NCBI RefSeq assembly: GCF_002571385.2
Contig: NW_019217841.1
Coordinates: 503,933 to 567,932 of the forward strand
DNA length: 64,000 nt
Direction: 5' to 3'
Origin: Stylophora pistillata
Taxonomy: Eukaryota
In this document: positions 61,822-64,000 of the stretch, in pieces
Position numbering within the stretch: the first letter of the stretch is position 1
Layout: each line of letters begins with the position of its first letter
The notes under the pieces: generated by a model
What the model was told of the DNA's origin: nothing
Seen by the model: only the letters and a program-made list of their open reading frames with translations
Databases searched by the model: none
Program-made: the position numbers and the translations under genes

Positions 61822-62874
61822 TACGCCCGCAGAGTATTATTCGTTTTCCTTCAATTTACTACCATTACTTAACAAGAGTGTGTGCTTGAAAACTATAATT
61901 AAAGCCAAATATTTCAGTTTTAAGAATCCGTTCATACGCTAAATGATGAAATCATGGATAAAAAATAGCTATAACGAGATGTGCGATTCTATCACCTGCG
62001 TATCTTGTGATAACATTTGCATTGGTGAAATTTTATCCTGAGATAAAAGTTGTTGTATTGAGTCCTCTACAGTTTGATGATTGAATGATACTAAATGAAT
62101 TGTAGTTACGTCGGTGAAAATGAGCAGCTTTAACTGCGGTGGTCTATAAGGATTTCAATGTCTAAGAAAAGCCATAACTACACACGTGTAAAATTATTAC
62201 AATTTTTTACATTTTGTATATTGAAGAATGATGCAAGGCAAGGTTTTCTTCTCTCAATATAAATCATGAAAAATGAGAAGAAATGCCAAAACCTGTTGTC
62301 CGGAATTATGCTCATCAGGGGCACAATTTTGTGATATCTCTGATAACATTCAGGAAATTATGGTCACATATTAATTCAAGCGCTGATCAAATATATTATT
62401 TATCCGAAACCACCGAAAATGAAACTGGGAAACTTACCAATTTTAGTGGCTGCGCAGTTGATCCTCGACACACCTTAACATTTTTTCAAGATTCGAATAG
62501 ATTTTCGGGAAATTCCCTAGCCTTCAGAAAACGAAACTGGCAGCGAAGCTTTATGACTCAATCCATGAAATAAAATGCTCACTGTTCTTCTTTCTTTAGG
62601 TTCTTTTTCTGAACTCCTGTCCACAAAGAAAATAGTTAAAAAATCCATTCCAAGATTCTCTTTATCTTGGCTCGATAAGGTATGCTACAATTCTCAAAAT
62701 TTTACAATTAATTTTCGAGGCTAAGTTAGAAGCTTACGACAAAATGCAAATTAATTACTGTTAGGGATATTTCCCTTGCATATGTTATTTCCGAGTCGAA
62801 AACGATTACACTGCAGATTTCACACTATAAAGTCTTCGATGAAGCCACAACCCTTTTAAAGAGAAAAGTGAAGC

Positions 62875-63660
62875 ATGGACTGCAGATTGATTTTGCTCGG
62901 TCGTTTTCTGGCCTTTCTTCTTCTGTTCGTCCAATGTGGGTTCCTGACAGCTTTTCTTGTCTGGTACAGAGATGATTTTCGTTTCCTGCTCTCGTTTCTG
63001 TTGTTTACTCCAGCCCTGATTTATTATGTATTTTGTCTGGCCACTGCGGCTAAACTTCGTAACGTGTTCCGTACATGGGGTCTCTACATTTTGTTCGGTT
63101 TGATCCCTTTCATCGCAGTTATTTTTGCGTTGTGCGGAGACGTACTCGACGAGGAGAAATTCCTCAGTCCGACCTGTTTGAAAGTGATCCTGTGCATCAC
63201 GCCTGTTCCCTTTCTCCTTCTGGTGAATACAGCAAGCGATTTGGGTGAACACAAAGAGTACACAGCCCTGGCCTGGACACTGTCTATTGTGACAACAATA
63301 GATCTTGTCGATGGCGTCGAGATCCTGGATATTGTGCTTGAGGAAAGAGAGAACAGTCATGGTATCCCAAAAGAGTTTGAATACGCTATGATAACAGCGG
63401 CGTGCGTGAGCTTCCTGTCGACTTTGCTGCAAATTGCGCAGCATAGACTCAACGAAGGAAAAGTTTCTCTTCACCGAGGAGTGGCGATCCTCGCAAATGC
63501 TTTGCAAATCATCTTCGTGAATTCGGCGTTCATGGTAATGCGACTGATACTGCTTATAGAGTATAGCAATGATGGTAACGAGACCCTCTTCATCATGAAG
63601 AATCTGATCTTCATCTTCCTCTCCGCGTCACAGATCTACTGGATCCACAGAGCTAGATGA
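62875..63660 (+). CDS. TMEM121/CECR6-family multipass membrane protein, copy 2 (single exon, 261 aa)
   Basis: Paralog of 61021-61821 (QCGFLTAF, VILCITP..FLLLVNTASDL, TIDLVDGVEIL, LFIMKN, QIYWI). Confidence 0.8.
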   Translation: MDCRLILLGRFLAFLLLFVQCGFLTAFLVWYRDDFRFLLSFLLFTPALIYYVFCLATAAKLRNVFRTWGLYILFGLIPFIAVIFALCGDVLDEEKFLSPTCLKVILCITPVPFLLLVNTASDLGEHKEYTALAWTLSIVTTIDLVDGVEILDIVLEERENSHGIPKEFEYAMITAACVSFLSTLLQIAQHRLNEGKVSLHRGVAILANALQIIFVNSAFMVMRLILLIEYSNDGNETLFIMKNLIFIFLSASQIYWIHRAR

Positions 63661-64000
63661 ATTTGCGAATGAGGATAAACTGAACTCAGATATATTTAAG
63701 GAAAGGAAACTGAAGACTTTTTACGGAAGACATATTTCGACGATCATCGACAGCTGCTTGTTAAGTTTCCCTGATATTTTAATTTCTAACAGAGTCTCGT
63801 TGCCAAAAATTGAAAGTATTCCGAAAGAGAAAGAAAGATGATACTTCGTTCTTAAAACAAGATATCTTTGCGTTTGTTTTAATCTTCATCGGCTATGTGT
63901 CCAGTTTTTGATTTTTTAGCAAATGCTTAGTTAAATTCTGGAAGTAAAACCAAATTATGGTTTTGCAAATTGTAAATTTAAAAAGAATGATGAAGACTCG

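Noticed and set aside
62806-63507. 233-aa antisense ORF
   Set aside because: Shadow of the TMEM121-like gene on the opposite strand; no recognisable motifs.

Overview
Eukaryotic, AT-rich, intron-rich animal DNA with scaffold gaps. The repeat families and gene structures resemble a stony coral or other anthozoan (inference). I rebuilt genes by hand, with phase-consistent splice sites. Left to right: (1) the 5' part of a signal-peptide F5/8 type C (discoidin) domain gene on the - strand, running off the left edge; (2) HBP1 (AXH + HMG box, - strand), which appears to carry an extra N-terminal C2H2 zinc-finger exon; (3) CENPK (+ strand, 11 coding exons), probably head-to-head with HBP1; (4) an apparently intact, intron-containing hAT transposon just downstream of the CENPK stop, flanked by an unusual 44-bp direct repeat; (5) XPC/RAD4 (- strand, 27 coding exons, one GC-AG intron), ending in an HxH...CxC module like plant RAD4; (6) an intronless intracellular serpin; (7) two tandem intronless TMEM121/CECR6-family genes. 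Repeats include Penelope-like fragments with hammerhead-ribozyme relics, a TTAA-flanked Kolobok-like element, SINEs, hairpin MITEs and satellites. No prokaryotic-type system (CRISPR, operon, rRNA/tRNA) is evident.
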